From positions 51,652 through 115,651 of the forward strand of contig CALWPP010000003.1 in the NCBI GenBank assembly GCA_944383455.1: DNA of 64,000 bases, read 5' to 3'. The DNA comes from an uncultured Peptostreptococcaceae bacterium (GTDB lineage Bacteria > Bacillota > Clostridia > Peptostreptococcales > Peptostreptococcaceae). The notes below the pieces were generated by a model. The model saw only the letters and a program-made list of their open reading frames with translations, was not told where the DNA came from and did not search any database. Below, piece by piece: positions 1 through 9,187 of this stretch (position 1 is its first letter; every line of letters begins with the position of its first letter). A program made the translations under genes and the position numbers.

Positions 1-2
1 GT

Positions 3-515
3 AACTTAAAAAAATTAGGTCACAAAAAAATAGGATATATAGGTTGTATAAAGACTTTATCTGATGAAAAAGTTTATGAAGTTGATGATAGATACAAATA
101 TTATTTAGAATATATGAAAGAAAATAATATGGAGTATAAAAAATACTTAATAAATTGTGAGTCAATGACTTCTATTGATGGATATAACTCAGTTAAAAAA
201 TTTATTGATGAAAAAAATGAATTACCTACTGCGTTTTTTATAACTAATGATACAGTAGCTACTGGAGTATATAGAGCTATTCAAGAAAATAATATAAAAA
301 TAGGAAAAGAGATTAGTATTATAGGATTTAATGACTCTATAATTTGTACTCATATGAACCCAAGTTTATCGTCTGTTAGAGTTCATATTGAATATTTAGC
401 ACAAAGTGCTGTAGTTCTTGTAAATGAAAGAATAAATTTTGAGAGAACTTACCCTAAAAAAGTAATTATTCCAAGTGAATTAATAATTAGAGAAAGTGTA
501 TGTAAAATTATATAA
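3..515 (+). CDS. LacI-family transcriptional regulator, C-terminal effector-binding domain (5' end lies outside the window)
   Basis: The frame is open from the window edge (NLKKLGHKKIGYIGC...) into the listed ORF. 'PTAFFITNDTVATGVYRAIQE...ISIIGFND' is the typical LacI/PurR sugar-binding fold pattern. Confidence 0.7.
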   Translation, partial: NLKKLGHKKIGYIGCIKTLSDEKVYEVDDRYKYYLEYMKENNMEYKKYLINCESMTSIDGYNSVKKFIDEKNELPTAFFITNDTVATGVYRAIQENNIKIGKEISIIGFNDSIICTHMNPSLSSVRVHIEYLAQSAVVLVNERINFERTYPKKVIIPSELIIRESVCKII

Positions 516-585
516 CTTATAATAATATACTATAATTATATAAAAATATAAACTAATAATATAATATTTTAGTTAGGAGTGAATT

Positions 586-1473
586 TTGGTAATGAACTCA
601 GAAGAAATACAAAAAGAAGTAGCCAAAATAACTAAGAGCCTAAATAATATAGATTTTAGCAATCTTGATTATTCAAATTTATTTGAAAGACTCATAGAGT
701 GGACTACAAATACAGCATTTAAATTAGTAATAGGTCTAATTATAATATCTATTGGATTTAAAATAATAAGAAAGATTGTAAATCATTTAGTACATTTTTT
801 AGAAAAGAAAGATGTAGATATAACATTAATAAAGTTTTTAAATTCATTAGTAAGTGTAGGGCTTAAAGTAGCACTACTTATGCCAATTCTTGCTTATTGG
901 GGAATAGAACTATCTGGAATAGCAGCACTTATTGCATCAGCAGGTGTGGCTATTGGTCTTGCACTTCAAGGAAGTTTATCTAACTTTGCAGGTGGATTTA
1001 TAATTTTACTTATTAGGCCATTTAAAGTTGGAGATTTTATAGAAACAACAGAATATAGTGGAGTTGTTGAAGAAATTGGTCTTTTTTATACTAATTTACT
1101 AACTATCGATAATAAACAAATTCTTATTCCAAATGGAATATTATCAAATGGAAGTCTTATAAATTATTCAGCAAAGGAAAATAGGAGAGTTGATTTGATT
1201 TTTTCAGTTTCTTATGACAATAATATATTAGAAGTAAAAAAAGTACTTCACGATGTTATAAATCAAAATAAACTAGCACTAAAAGATCCAGAGCCTTATG
1301 TTGGAGTAAATGCTCATAGTCCAAGTTCTTTAGATTTTGTAATTAGAGTTTGGTGTAGGACTGACGATTTTTTAGATTTAAAACATCAACTACTAGAAGA
1401 AGTAAGGATAGGATTTGATAAAAATAACATAGATATACCTTTTCCACAAATGGATTTACATATCAAAAGGTAA
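586..1473 (+). CDS. MscS-family small-conductance mechanosensitive channel
   Basis: N-terminal TM helices followed by 'RPFKVGDFIE..GVVEEIGLFYTNLLTIDNKQILIPNG', the MscS beta-domain signature. RBS AGGAG at 575-579. Start is TTG 586 or ATG 592. Confidence 0.85.
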   Translation: MVMNSEEIQKEVAKITKSLNNIDFSNLDYSNLFERLIEWTTNTAFKLVIGLIIISIGFKIIRKIVNHLVHFLEKKDVDITLIKFLNSLVSVGLKVALLMPILAYWGIELSGIAALIASAGVAIGLALQGSLSNFAGGFIILLIRPFKVGDFIETTEYSGVVEEIGLFYTNLLTIDNKQILIPNGILSNGSLINYSAKENRRVDLIFSVSYDNNILEVKKVLHDVINQNKLALKDPEPYVGVNAHSPSSLDFVIRVWCRTDDFLDLKHQLLEEVRIGFDKNNIDIPFPQMDLHIKR

Positions 1474-1570
1474 AATATTTTAAAAAATTTGAAAAAATTA
1501 GAAAACTTATTGCAAAATACTTTAATATGGTTTATTATATATTTAAACTAAATAAACTTATTTTAAATTA

Positions 1571-1733
1571 TGTAGAGGTCGCGATATTTAATAGTATTAA
1601 TAACGAGGTAAGCACTGTGACTTATTAAGAAAGGAAATATCGCCGAAGATTATAACTGATGCTTTAAGGTTATAAATCTGGGGATGCATAGAATATATGC
1701 ATAACTGTCACAATATTTTTGTGTTGAGCTACA
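1571..1733 (+). promoter_or_regulatory. Lysine riboswitch (L-box) in the leader of the NhaC-type transporter gene
   Basis: The conserved L-box blocks are all present in order: GTAGAGGTCGCG..., GAAAGGAAATATCGCCGAAG, CTGGGGATGCAT, AACTGTCAC, GTTGAGCTAC. The last block closes P1 with the 5' GTAG. Confidence 0.85.
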
Positions 1734-1760
1734 TTTGAGGATTACTTTTGTATAGATTTT

Positions 1761-1789
1761 AAGCCTTGAGTGTACTCAAGGCTTTTTAT
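1761..1789 (+). terminator. Intrinsic terminator serving as the expression platform of the lysine riboswitch
   Basis: 10-bp stem AAGCCTTGAG / CTCAAGGCTT, loop TGTA, then a T-run. It sits between the aptamer and the RBS-preceded ATG at 1809. Confidence 0.8.
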
Positions 1790-1808
1790 AATATTTGGAG
1801 GAGATTTT

Positions 1809-3515
1809 ATGAGAAAATTTAGGTTATTTTTATTTGTATTTATGTTTTTTATGGTATTAACCGAAAATTCTTTTGCACAAGAAGTTGCCGATATTAATGC
1901 ACAAAAATTTGGAATATTAACATTAATACCACCACTAGTTGCAATATTATTGGCATTTCTAACAAAAAACGTTGTAGTATCGCTTTTTATAGGTATATTT
2001 TCAGGAAGTATATTACTTAATTATTCAGGAAATATTTTTTTATCTTTAGTAACTTCTTTTTTAGATGTTATAAATAGAGCAGTAGATTCATTATCTGACC
2101 CTTGGAATGCTGGAATTATACTTCAAGTACTTGCAATAGGCGGAGTTATTCACTTAGTTTCTAAGATGGGAGGAGCAAAAGCTATAGCAGAAGCTTTAGC
2201 CAAAAAAGCAAAAACTTCAAAATCAACACAACTTACTACATTTTTACTTGGTCTTTTAGTATTTTTTGATGATTATGCAAACTCTCTTATAGTAGGTCCT
2301 ATAATGAGACCTATTGCTGATAAAATGAAGATATCAAGAGAAAGATTAGCATTTATAATAGATGCAACGGCAGCACCAATAGCAGGGATTGCAATAATTT
2401 CAACTTGGATAGGGCTTGAGGTTGGTCTTATAAATGATGGTCTTTTAAGCGTTGGAGTTGAAGCTGATGCCTTTGGAGTATTTTTAAACACTATTCCTTA
2501 TAGATTTTATAACATACTAATACTTTGTTTTATAGTTATAAGTACAATAACTATGAAAGACTTTGGACCTATGAGAGATGCTCAGTTAAGAGCAAATAAA
2601 TATTCATTAAATAGAGTAGAAGATGTTGTTAAAAGTATTGACTCTGATTTAGAACCAAAAGAAGGTGTAAAGCTTAGTATTTGGAATGCATTAATTCCAA
2701 TAGGTACTCTTATAATATCAGCTTTGATATCTTTTTATTATAGTGGATATACTTCAATAATAGGTGGAGAAGATAAAATATTAATAGATTTACTTAATAA
2801 TTCGCCATTTTCATTTGATGCTATAAGAGAATGTTTTAGTGCATCTGATGCATCTATTGCACTACTTCAATCAGCAGTTTTATCAAGTGTTGTAGCAATA
2901 GCTATGAGTGTAATAAAAAAGATATTTACAGTTTCAGAGGCTATAAATTTTTGGGTTGATGGAATGAAAACGTTAATAATAACAGGAGTTATATTAATTC
3001 TTGCTTGGTCTTTAAGTTCTGTTATAAAAGAAGTTGGAACAGCAAAATATATAATAACTCTTTTATCTGGAAGTGTACCATACTTCTTACTTCCAAGTAT
3101 AGTATTTATTCTAGGTTCTATAATATCTTTTTCAACAGGAACAGCTTATGGAACTATGGGAATATTGATGCCACTTGCAATTCCACTTGCACATGCTATA
3201 AATCCTGAAATAGGATATATTTCAATAAGTATAGGAGCAGTTTTAACTGGAGCTATATTTGGAGATCACTGCTCACCAATATCAGATACTACAATACTTT
3301 CTTCAATGGGTGCTGGGTGTGACCATATAGAACATGTTAAAACTCAGATGCCATATGCTTTATTTACTGGATTAGTAGCAATTTTATTTGGATATTTACC
3401 AGCAGGATTTGGTGTTCCAATATATGTAGTTCTTCCAATATCAATAACTGCAATATATATAGGGATTCAAATTTTTGGAAAAAGAGTTGATGATATAGAA
3501 AAAAATAATAATTAA
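1809..3515 (+). CDS. Na+/H+ antiporter NhaC-family membrane transporter (probable lysine-regulated amino-acid transporter)
   Basis: Polytopic membrane protein with the NhaC-like pattern 'FFDDYANSLIVGPIMRPIADK' and 'GAIFGDHCSPISDTTILSS'. GGAGGA RBS precedes ATG 1809. The tracked start at 1770 would read through the terminator. Confidence 0.8.
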   Translation: MRKFRLFLFVFMFFMVLTENSFAQEVADINAQKFGILTLIPPLVAILLAFLTKNVVVSLFIGIFSGSILLNYSGNIFLSLVTSFLDVINRAVDSLSDPWNAGIILQVLAIGGVIHLVSKMGGAKAIAEALAKKAKTSKSTQLTTFLLGLLVFFDDYANSLIVGPIMRPIADKMKISRERLAFIIDATAAPIAGIAIISTWIGLEVGLINDGLLSVGVEADAFGVFLNTIPYRFYNILILCFIVISTITMKDFGPMRDAQLRANKYSLNRVEDVVKSIDSDLEPKEGVKLSIWNALIPIGTLIISALISFYYSGYTSIIGGEDKILIDLLNNSPFSFDAIRECFSASDASIALLQSAVLSSVVAIAMSVIKKIFTVSEAINFWVDGMKTLIITGVILILAWSLSSVIKEVGTAKYIITLLSGSVPYFLLPSIVFILGSIISFSTGTAYGTMGILMPLAIPLAHAINPEIGYISISIGAVLTGAIFGDHCSPISDTTILSSMGAGCDHIEHVKTQMPYALFTGLVAILFGYLPAGFGVPIYVVLPISITAIYIGIQIFGKRVDDIEKNNN

Positions 3516-3667
3516 GAATATTTATATACTCTCATTTAGTAAACGACTAATATGAGGGTATATTTTTTAATATGTTGATAAAATTTCCTAATATGATAAA
3601 ATATATAATGTAAGACCTACTTTATATCAATTTGATTTTTGCAAAATAAGGTTAAGGAGCTTATATT

Positions 3668-4474
3668 ATGAATAAAAAATACCAAAAAATATTTTTATTA
3701 GTAATATCTTTATTTATTACAACTGGATGTGAAAGTAAAAAAGAACAAATAGAAAAAAGAGCTTTGATTGAAACAACTATTCCTAGTAATGTACATATTA
3801 GTAAAGAAAATGCAAAGGCTATAAAAACTGAAATTATAGAAGATAAAGAAAATTTAGATAAAATAAAAGTGACTAATATTTCAAACTTTAATATCTTTAA
3901 TTTATCATTTGAGTATCAGCAGTTTGATAATAACAATAATCCTGTATCAAAACAAAATGCACTTTTAGATATAACATTATTTCCGAGTGAGACTGTATAT
4001 TTGTCGATAAATGAAAATAAAACAAGAAACAAAAGAAAAATAACATCATATAGCTATGAAAGTAATAATAAGAAAGTAGTTGTTGATACATTAAATGATA
4101 AAATAAATATATTAAATAAAAAAGAAAAAACCGAAAACCAAAAAGAATATGATATATTACAAATAAGTTCTTCATATATTCACGAAAAAGGTGATTATAC
4201 ATACTATACAAAGATAAAAAATATATCAAATGAAGATTTAGGAAATATTGTATTAACAATAGCAGAGCTAAATGACTATGGTGAATATATAAAGATAAAT
4301 AATTTAGCAATCTATGAAATATTAAAATCAAATGATGAAAAAGAGTTAAAAATAACTTTATCAAAAAATTGTAAAAATGCAGAAATAATAGGTTATACAT
4401 ATGACTCAATAAGTAAGATGGCAAATATAAAGGTTGATAGAAAAACTAATAACGTTTACATAAATAAAAATTAA
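3668..4474 (+). CDS. Hypothetical lipoprotein
   Basis: Signal peptide with lipobox 'LFITTGC'. Lys/Asn-rich mature part with no recognisable catalytic motif. Confidence 0.6.
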   Translation: MNKKYQKIFLLVISLFITTGCESKKEQIEKRALIETTIPSNVHISKENAKAIKTEIIEDKENLDKIKVTNISNFNIFNLSFEYQQFDNNNNPVSKQNALLDITLFPSETVYLSINENKTRNKRKITSYSYESNNKKVVVDTLNDKINILNKKEKTENQKEYDILQISSSYIHEKGDYTYYTKIKNISNEDLGNIVLTIAELNDYGEYIKINNLAIYEILKSNDEKELKITLSKNCKNAEIIGYTYDSISKMANIKVDRKTNNVYINKN

Positions 4475-4548
4475 AATTTATGTTGTTTTAATTGTAATTA
4501 TATGGGTATAATAGAAATAGAATAATACAAAAAGGAGAATTTAATAAT

Positions 4549-4860
4549 ATGGCTAAAGTATTAGCAACTTCTAAAGAGTTTAATGATTATATAGAAAATG
4601 GTGTTAGTGTTATAGATTTTTTTGCAACTTGGTGTGGGCCTTGTAAGATGTTAGCTCCAGTTTTTGATGAAGTAAGTTCTGAAATGGACAATGTTAAATT
4701 TGCTAAAGTTGATATAGATCAGAACTTAGAAATAGCTAGAGAATTTAATGTGACTACTGTTCCAACTATGATAATTTTTAAAGATGGAAAAAAAGTTGAC
4801 TCTATGGTTGGATTTATGCCAAAAGAAAAGATAATTGAAAAAGTTAAGCAATATGTATAA
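4549..4860 (+). CDS. trxA: Thioredoxin
   Basis: 103 aa with a 'FFATWCGPCK' active site and 'TVPTMIIFKDGK', typical of thioredoxins. GGAG RBS. Confidence 0.95.
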   Translation: MAKVLATSKEFNDYIENGVSVIDFFATWCGPCKMLAPVFDEVSSEMDNVKFAKVDIDQNLEIAREFNVTTVPTMIIFKDGKKVDSMVGFMPKEKIIEKVKQYV

Positions 4861-4925
4861 TTTATAGGGAACTAAATTTAGTTCCCTATAAATATAGCTA
4901 AAAATATATGATAGTGGGTGAAAAT

Positions 4926-5804
4926 ATGAGATATGATATAGCAATAATTGGTACTGGACCAGCAGGTCTTTCTGCTGCAATAAACGCAAAGATAAGAAAT
5001 AAGAATATAATACTATTTGGAAATGATAATTTAAGTAATAAGTTAGTAAAAGCACCTTCTATAGATAACTACTTAGGTTTTTCTGATATTAGTGGAGAAG
5101 AATTAAAGGATAAATTTAAGAGTCATCTTGAAGATATGGAAATAAGCATAACTAATAAAAAGATAAATAATGTATATGCAATGGGAGATTATTTTGCACT
5201 TATGTCAGGTGATGAGATGTTTGAATCGACAGCATTAATACTTGCAACTGGTGTAGAATATCTAAAACCATTAAAAGGTGAAGAGGAGTATTTAGGAAAA
5301 GGTGTAGGATATTGTGCAACTTGTGATGCACCTTTGTATAGAGGTAAAAAGGTTGCTATAATAGGATACAATGAAGAGTCTGAAGAAGAAGCTAATTTTT
5401 TAAGTGAGATAGCATCAAAAACTTATTTTATACCTATGTATAAAAAAGGTTTAACAAGAAGTGAAAATTTAGACGAAAAAATAGAAGTGATATCTGATAG
5501 ACCTATTGAAATAAAAGGTGATAGCCTTGCTAATAAAGTATTATTTAGAGAAAGTGAAATAGATATTGATGGAGTATTTGTAATAAAAGATAGTGCATCA
5601 GCGAAAGCATTAGTTCCTGGAATTGAAACTGATGGGCCACATATAAAGGTTGACCTTAATATGCAAACTAGTATAAAGGGATGTTTTGCAGCAGGAGATT
5701 GTGTTGGAAAGCCGTACTCTTATATTAAATCAGCAGGTCAAGGACAAATAGCAGCTATAAATGCAGTTTCTTATTTAGATAAATTAAAACTACAAAATAG
5801 ATAA
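4926..5804 (+). CDS. Thioredoxin-reductase-like flavoprotein lacking the NADPH-binding motifs (ferredoxin-dependent FFTR-like)
   Basis: FAD motif 'IIGTGPAGLSAA', redox 'CATCDA' and C-terminal 'FAAGDC'. The second dinucleotide site reads 'VAIIGYNEESEEEANFL' instead of GGGxSAxEEA, and there is no HRRxxxR. Confidence 0.75.
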   Translation: MRYDIAIIGTGPAGLSAAINAKIRNKNIILFGNDNLSNKLVKAPSIDNYLGFSDISGEELKDKFKSHLEDMEISITNKKINNVYAMGDYFALMSGDEMFESTALILATGVEYLKPLKGEEEYLGKGVGYCATCDAPLYRGKKVAIIGYNEESEEEANFLSEIASKTYFIPMYKKGLTRSENLDEKIEVISDRPIEIKGDSLANKVLFRESEIDIDGVFVIKDSASAKALVPGIETDGPHIKVDLNMQTSIKGCFAAGDCVGKPYSYIKSAGQGQIAAINAVSYLDKLKLQNR

Positions 5805-5810
5805 TAATAT

Positions 5811-5841
5811 AAGAGGTTACTCATTAGACTAACCTCTTTTT
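5811..5841 (+). terminator. Intrinsic terminator after the trx operon
   Basis: Stem AAGAGGTTA / TAACCTCTT followed by TTT. Confidence 0.7.
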
Positions 5842-5853
5842 AAGTGAAACAGT

Positions 5854-6663
5854 TTACTTTAATAAAAATTCATCTATTACTTTAGCAACACCATCTTCAT
5901 TATTAGTTGTAGTTATATGATTTGCTATTTCTTTTATAGTATCTCTTGCATTTCCCATAGCTACTCCAAGGCCCGCATACTCTATCATATGTTTGTCGTT
6001 TTCTTCATCTCCAATAGCTATTACTTCATCTAAACCTAATCCTAAATGTTTACATAATTTTTTTAGTGCATTTCCTTTATTAGCCTCTTTATTTAAAAAC
6101 TCAAGAAAATATGGTGCAGACCTAACTACAGTGTAATTATCATAAAGTTCTTTAGGAATTAGTGTCATAACTTCTTCTAATTTTTCTGGACTGTCAATAA
6201 TCATAATTTTACAGAAAGTTACGTTTTGTTTTATTTCTTCATCACTCATAGTAACAATATCTATCTGATTAAGGTCAGCCTCAAGTTTTGTATATTGGTT
6301 AGGGTTATCATCAGGAATAACAAGATTAGTAGGTGTATTTATATGAATATTTAGATTATTTTCTTTAGCAAACTTATGTATTAATTTATAGTCAGAGTAG
6401 CTCATTTCTATATTAGATATGACATTTTTTGTCTTAATTTCTTGAACAAGTGCTCCATTAAAGCATATAACAAAGTCTCCATCTTCATTTAGATTAAGTT
6501 CATCAAGATAACGAATTACTCCAGGAAGAGGTCTTCCAGTAGCTAAAACTACCTTTTTTCCATTTTCTTTCGCTTTTTTTATAGATTCAAAAGTTTCTTT
6601 AGTAATTTTTTTATCAGAATTTAGTAAAGTACCATCCATATCTGTAGCAATTAATTTATACAT
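5854..6663 (-). CDS. Cof-type HAD-IIB sugar phosphatase
   Basis: 'LIATDMDGTLL' (DxDGT), 'LATGRP' and 'IAIGDEENDKHM' motifs. GGAGGA RBS precedes the ATG at 6663. Confidence 0.85.
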   Translation of the reverse strand: MYKLIATDMDGTLLNSDKKITKETFESIKKAKENGKKVVLATGRPLPGVIRYLDELNLNEDGDFVICFNGALVQEIKTKNVISNIEMSYSDYKLIHKFAKENNLNIHINTPTNLVIPDDNPNQYTKLEADLNQIDIVTMSDEEIKQNVTFCKIMIIDSPEKLEEVMTLIPKELYDNYTVVRSAPYFLEFLNKEANKGNALKKLCKHLGLGLDEVIAIGDEENDKHMIEYAGLGVAMGNARDTIKEIANHITTTNNEDGVAKVIDEFLLK

Positions 6664-6728
6664 AATTTCCTCCAAAGTAGTTTAATATAATTTAATTATA
6701 ACAATATATGGATGGTTTTACAAATGAT

Positions 6729-8360
6729 TTATTTATTTAAACAAGCTTTTAGATCATCTTCAACAGTTGATATAGGTTTTAAATCAAAGTTTTTAATTAA
6801 ATAATTTAAAACATTTTTACTTATAAATGCAGGTAAACTTGGGCCTAAACGAATTCCTTTTATACCTAAAGATAAAAGTGCAAGTAAATCTGCAACTGCT
6901 TTTTGTTCGTACCAAGAAAGAATAATAGATAAAGGTAGATTATTAACATCAGTATTAAATGCATCAGCTAAGCTAAGTGCAATCTTAACAGCAGAGTATG
7001 CATCATTACATTGACCAACATCTAAAAGTCTTGGTATACCATCTATTTCATCAAACTCTAATTTATTAAATCTATATTTTCCACAAGCAAGAGTAAGTAT
7101 TACACAATCATTTGGTACATTTTTTGCAAATTCAGTATAATAATTTCTTCCAGGTTTAGCCCCATCACATCCACCTATTAGGAAAAAGTGTTTGATTTTT
7201 CCTGAATTAACATAATCAATTATAGTACTTGCATTAGATAACGTAGCATTATGACCAAATCCAACTAAAATATGCTTTGGTTCTTCGCTTTCTTTATATC
7301 CACCAAGTTCAATTGCTTTTTTAATTATCTCAGAAAAGTCTTTATTGCCATTCTCATCAGATTTTATATGTTTAACATTATCCCAACCAACAACGCTAGT
7401 TGTAAATATTCTGTCTTTGTATGAGTCTTTTGGTTTCATTATACAATTGGTAGTCATTAATATACATCCAGGTATATTATCAAATTCTTTTTGTTGATTT
7501 TGCCAAGCACCACCAAAATTACCTACTAAATGAGGGTACTTATTAAGTTCAGGATATCCGTGACTTGGAAGCATCTCTCCGTGAGTATAAATATTAACAC
7601 CTGTACCTTCTGTTTGTTTTAATAATTGTTCTAAATCTTTTAAATCATGTCCAGAAACTACTATAAAAGGCCCTTTAACTTTATTTACATTAACAGTTTT
7701 TGGAGTAGGGTCTTTATAAAAGCTCGAATTTGCTTCATATAGAGTTTTCATGATTTTTACAGATATCTCTCCTAGTTTCATTGAAAAAGATATTAAATCT
7801 TCTAAACTTAAAGAATCATCAATAGTTACTTCTAGTGCTTTAAAATAAAAATTATCTATTTCTTCGTTATAAAATCCAAGTTGTCTAGCTTGATGAGAGT
7901 AAGCACTAACTCCCTTAAGTCCGTATGTAATAGTTTCTCTTAATGAGCATATATCTTCATCAACTTTTTTATAAAAAATTCCTGCCCTTTCTGAGTCATT
8001 AAGCATATCTTCAAGGTTATTAGGTAAATTATAATTCGCTTCATCATAAGAAGAGTTCAATCCACTTTTATTTCTTAAATCTTCTTTTATTTGTTGAGAC
8101 TTTTTAAGTATACTAATATGATCATTAATATCAAAATTTACATTTGTAAGGGTAGTAAATAAACTATCCTCAATAAAAGATACTATATTTTTATCTATTT
8201 TTTCATTTTTGTTTATTAAATGATTTGCATAAACAGATATTCCTTTTAATTGATAAATTATTAAATCTTGTAGATTCGCTACTTCATTAGTTTTTCCACA
8301 AACACCAACCTTAGTACAACCAGTTCCATTTGCTGTTTGTTCACATTGAAAACAAAACAT
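6729..8360 (-). CDS. hcp: Hybrid-cluster protein / hydroxylamine reductase
   Basis: N-terminal 'MFCFQCEQTANGTGCTKVGVCGK' Cys cluster. Length 543 aa and 'GGCDGA' match Hcp. Confidence 0.93.
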   Translation of the reverse strand: MFCFQCEQTANGTGCTKVGVCGKTNEVANLQDLIIYQLKGISVYANHLINKNEKIDKNIVSFIEDSLFTTLTNVNFDINDHISILKKSQQIKEDLRNKSGLNSSYDEANYNLPNNLEDMLNDSERAGIFYKKVDEDICSLRETITYGLKGVSAYSHQARQLGFYNEEIDNFYFKALEVTIDDSLSLEDLISFSMKLGEISVKIMKTLYEANSSFYKDPTPKTVNVNKVKGPFIVVSGHDLKDLEQLLKQTEGTGVNIYTHGEMLPSHGYPELNKYPHLVGNFGGAWQNQQKEFDNIPGCILMTTNCIMKPKDSYKDRIFTTSVVGWDNVKHIKSDENGNKDFSEIIKKAIELGGYKESEEPKHILVGFGHNATLSNASTIIDYVNSGKIKHFFLIGGCDGAKPGRNYYTEFAKNVPNDCVILTLACGKYRFNKLEFDEIDGIPRLLDVGQCNDAYSAVKIALSLADAFNTDVNNLPLSIILSWYEQKAVADLLALLSLGIKGIRLGPSLPAFISKNVLNYLIKNFDLKPISTVEDDLKACLNK

Positions 8361-8490
8361 TTTTATACTCCTTTACATTTATTTTTGTATTACATAATTT
8401 ACAAATTGTAAATAATTTATTCATTAATTTTTTTGAATTTTATATTTACAATTTGTTTTATTATATTATAATAGATTTTAAACTAAAAAT

Positions 8491-8506
8491 AGTTACGTAT
8501 GTAACT
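8491..8506. promoter_or_regulatory. Candidate Crp/Fnr-type (HcpR-like) operator AGTTAC-GTAT-GTAACT
   Basis: Perfect 5-N4-5 inverted repeat (FNR-type geometry) in the hcp / regulator divergent region. Its centre is about 40.5 nt upstream of a TSS predicted from a minus-strand TATAAT at 8470..8465. Confidence 0.45.
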
Positions 8507-8523
8507 AATTGAAAGGAAATTTT

Positions 8524-9147
8524 ATGAATTTATTTAATGATTTAGATAAAACTATATTTAGAGAAATTTTAAATAAATATGATTATAAGATAAAAGCATA
8601 TAAAAAAGGAACAACTATATACTTTGAAGGAGATCTATGTAAAAATTATGATATAATAATAGAAGGCACACTTTCTATTCAGAATATAGACAATGACGGA
8701 AATTTACATACATTATGTAATTTTAAAAGGGGAGATGTTTTAGGAGAAGTATTGATTTTTTCAAGTGAAAACTTCTATCCTATGAATGTAATTTGCTTAG
8801 AAGACTCCAAAATACTTCATCTAGAAAAAGATTTAGTAATAAAAATTTGCCAAGAAAATATAGAATTTTTACAAATATTATTACTTAAAATCTCAAATAA
8901 AGCATTAGAATTAAAAAATAAAGTAAAAATACTAACATCAAAAAGTTTAAGAGATAAAATAATAAATTTTTTATTAACTCAAGAAAAAATACAAAAAAGC
9001 AGGACTATAAAATTAAAAATAACTAAGACAGATTTAGCATCTTATTTTTCAGTTCAAAGAACTTCATTATCAAGAGAGCTTAAAAAAATGAAAGATGAAA
9101 ATTTAATAGACTATGATTCTAAAACTGTAACTATAATAAATCTATAG
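8524..9147 (+). CDS. Crp/Fnr-family transcriptional regulator (HcpR-like by position)
   Basis: N-terminal cNMP-binding-like beta-roll ('GDLCKNYDIIIEGTLSIQ', 'RGDVLGE') and C-terminal HTH ('ITKTDLASYFSVQRTSLSRELKKM'). Divergent from hcp. Confidence 0.8.
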   Translation: MNLFNDLDKTIFREILNKYDYKIKAYKKGTTIYFEGDLCKNYDIIIEGTLSIQNIDNDGNLHTLCNFKRGDVLGEVLIFSSENFYPMNVICLEDSKILHLEKDLVIKICQENIEFLQILLLKISNKALELKNKVKILTSKSLRDKIINFLLTQEKIQKSRTIKLKITKTDLASYFSVQRTSLSRELKKMKDENLIDYDSKTVTIINL

Positions 9148-9187
9148 ATTAACTTTAATTTAAATAAAATATAAAGGAGGTAATTCT

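Noticed and set aside
1770-1808. Upstream extension of the NhaC-type ORF (tracked start at 1770).
   Set aside because: The extension is the 3' arm and T-run of the riboswitch terminator. A GGAGGA RBS precedes the in-frame ATG at 1809, which begins a normal signal-like N-terminus.
3897-4424. 175-aa minus-strand ORF inside the lipoprotein gene. The same pattern recurs at 2273..2491, 3005..3208, 4726..5055, 5189..5371, 9982..10182, 13082..13327, 16495..16680, 19030..19455, 24130..24312, 25251..25448, 27904..28164, 32982..33371, 36051..36347, 36955..37233, 37977..38261, 41191..41529, 41710..41925, 43543..43848, 46917..47219, 47619..47825, 47949..48167, 55171..55356, 60412..60597, 61122..61340 and 62791..63006.
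   Set aside because: All lie antisense to, or out of frame within, ORFs that carry strong family motifs. Their products are Leu/Phe/Ile/Ser/Tyr low complexity, as expected from the reverse strand of A+T-rich coding DNA, and none has a convincing RBS.
8330-8512. 60-aa plus-strand ORF spanning the hcp start and the hcp/regulator intergenic region.
   Set aside because: It overlaps the hcp start codon and covers the promoter/operator region. It has no RBS and a Phe/Ile/Asn low-complexity product.
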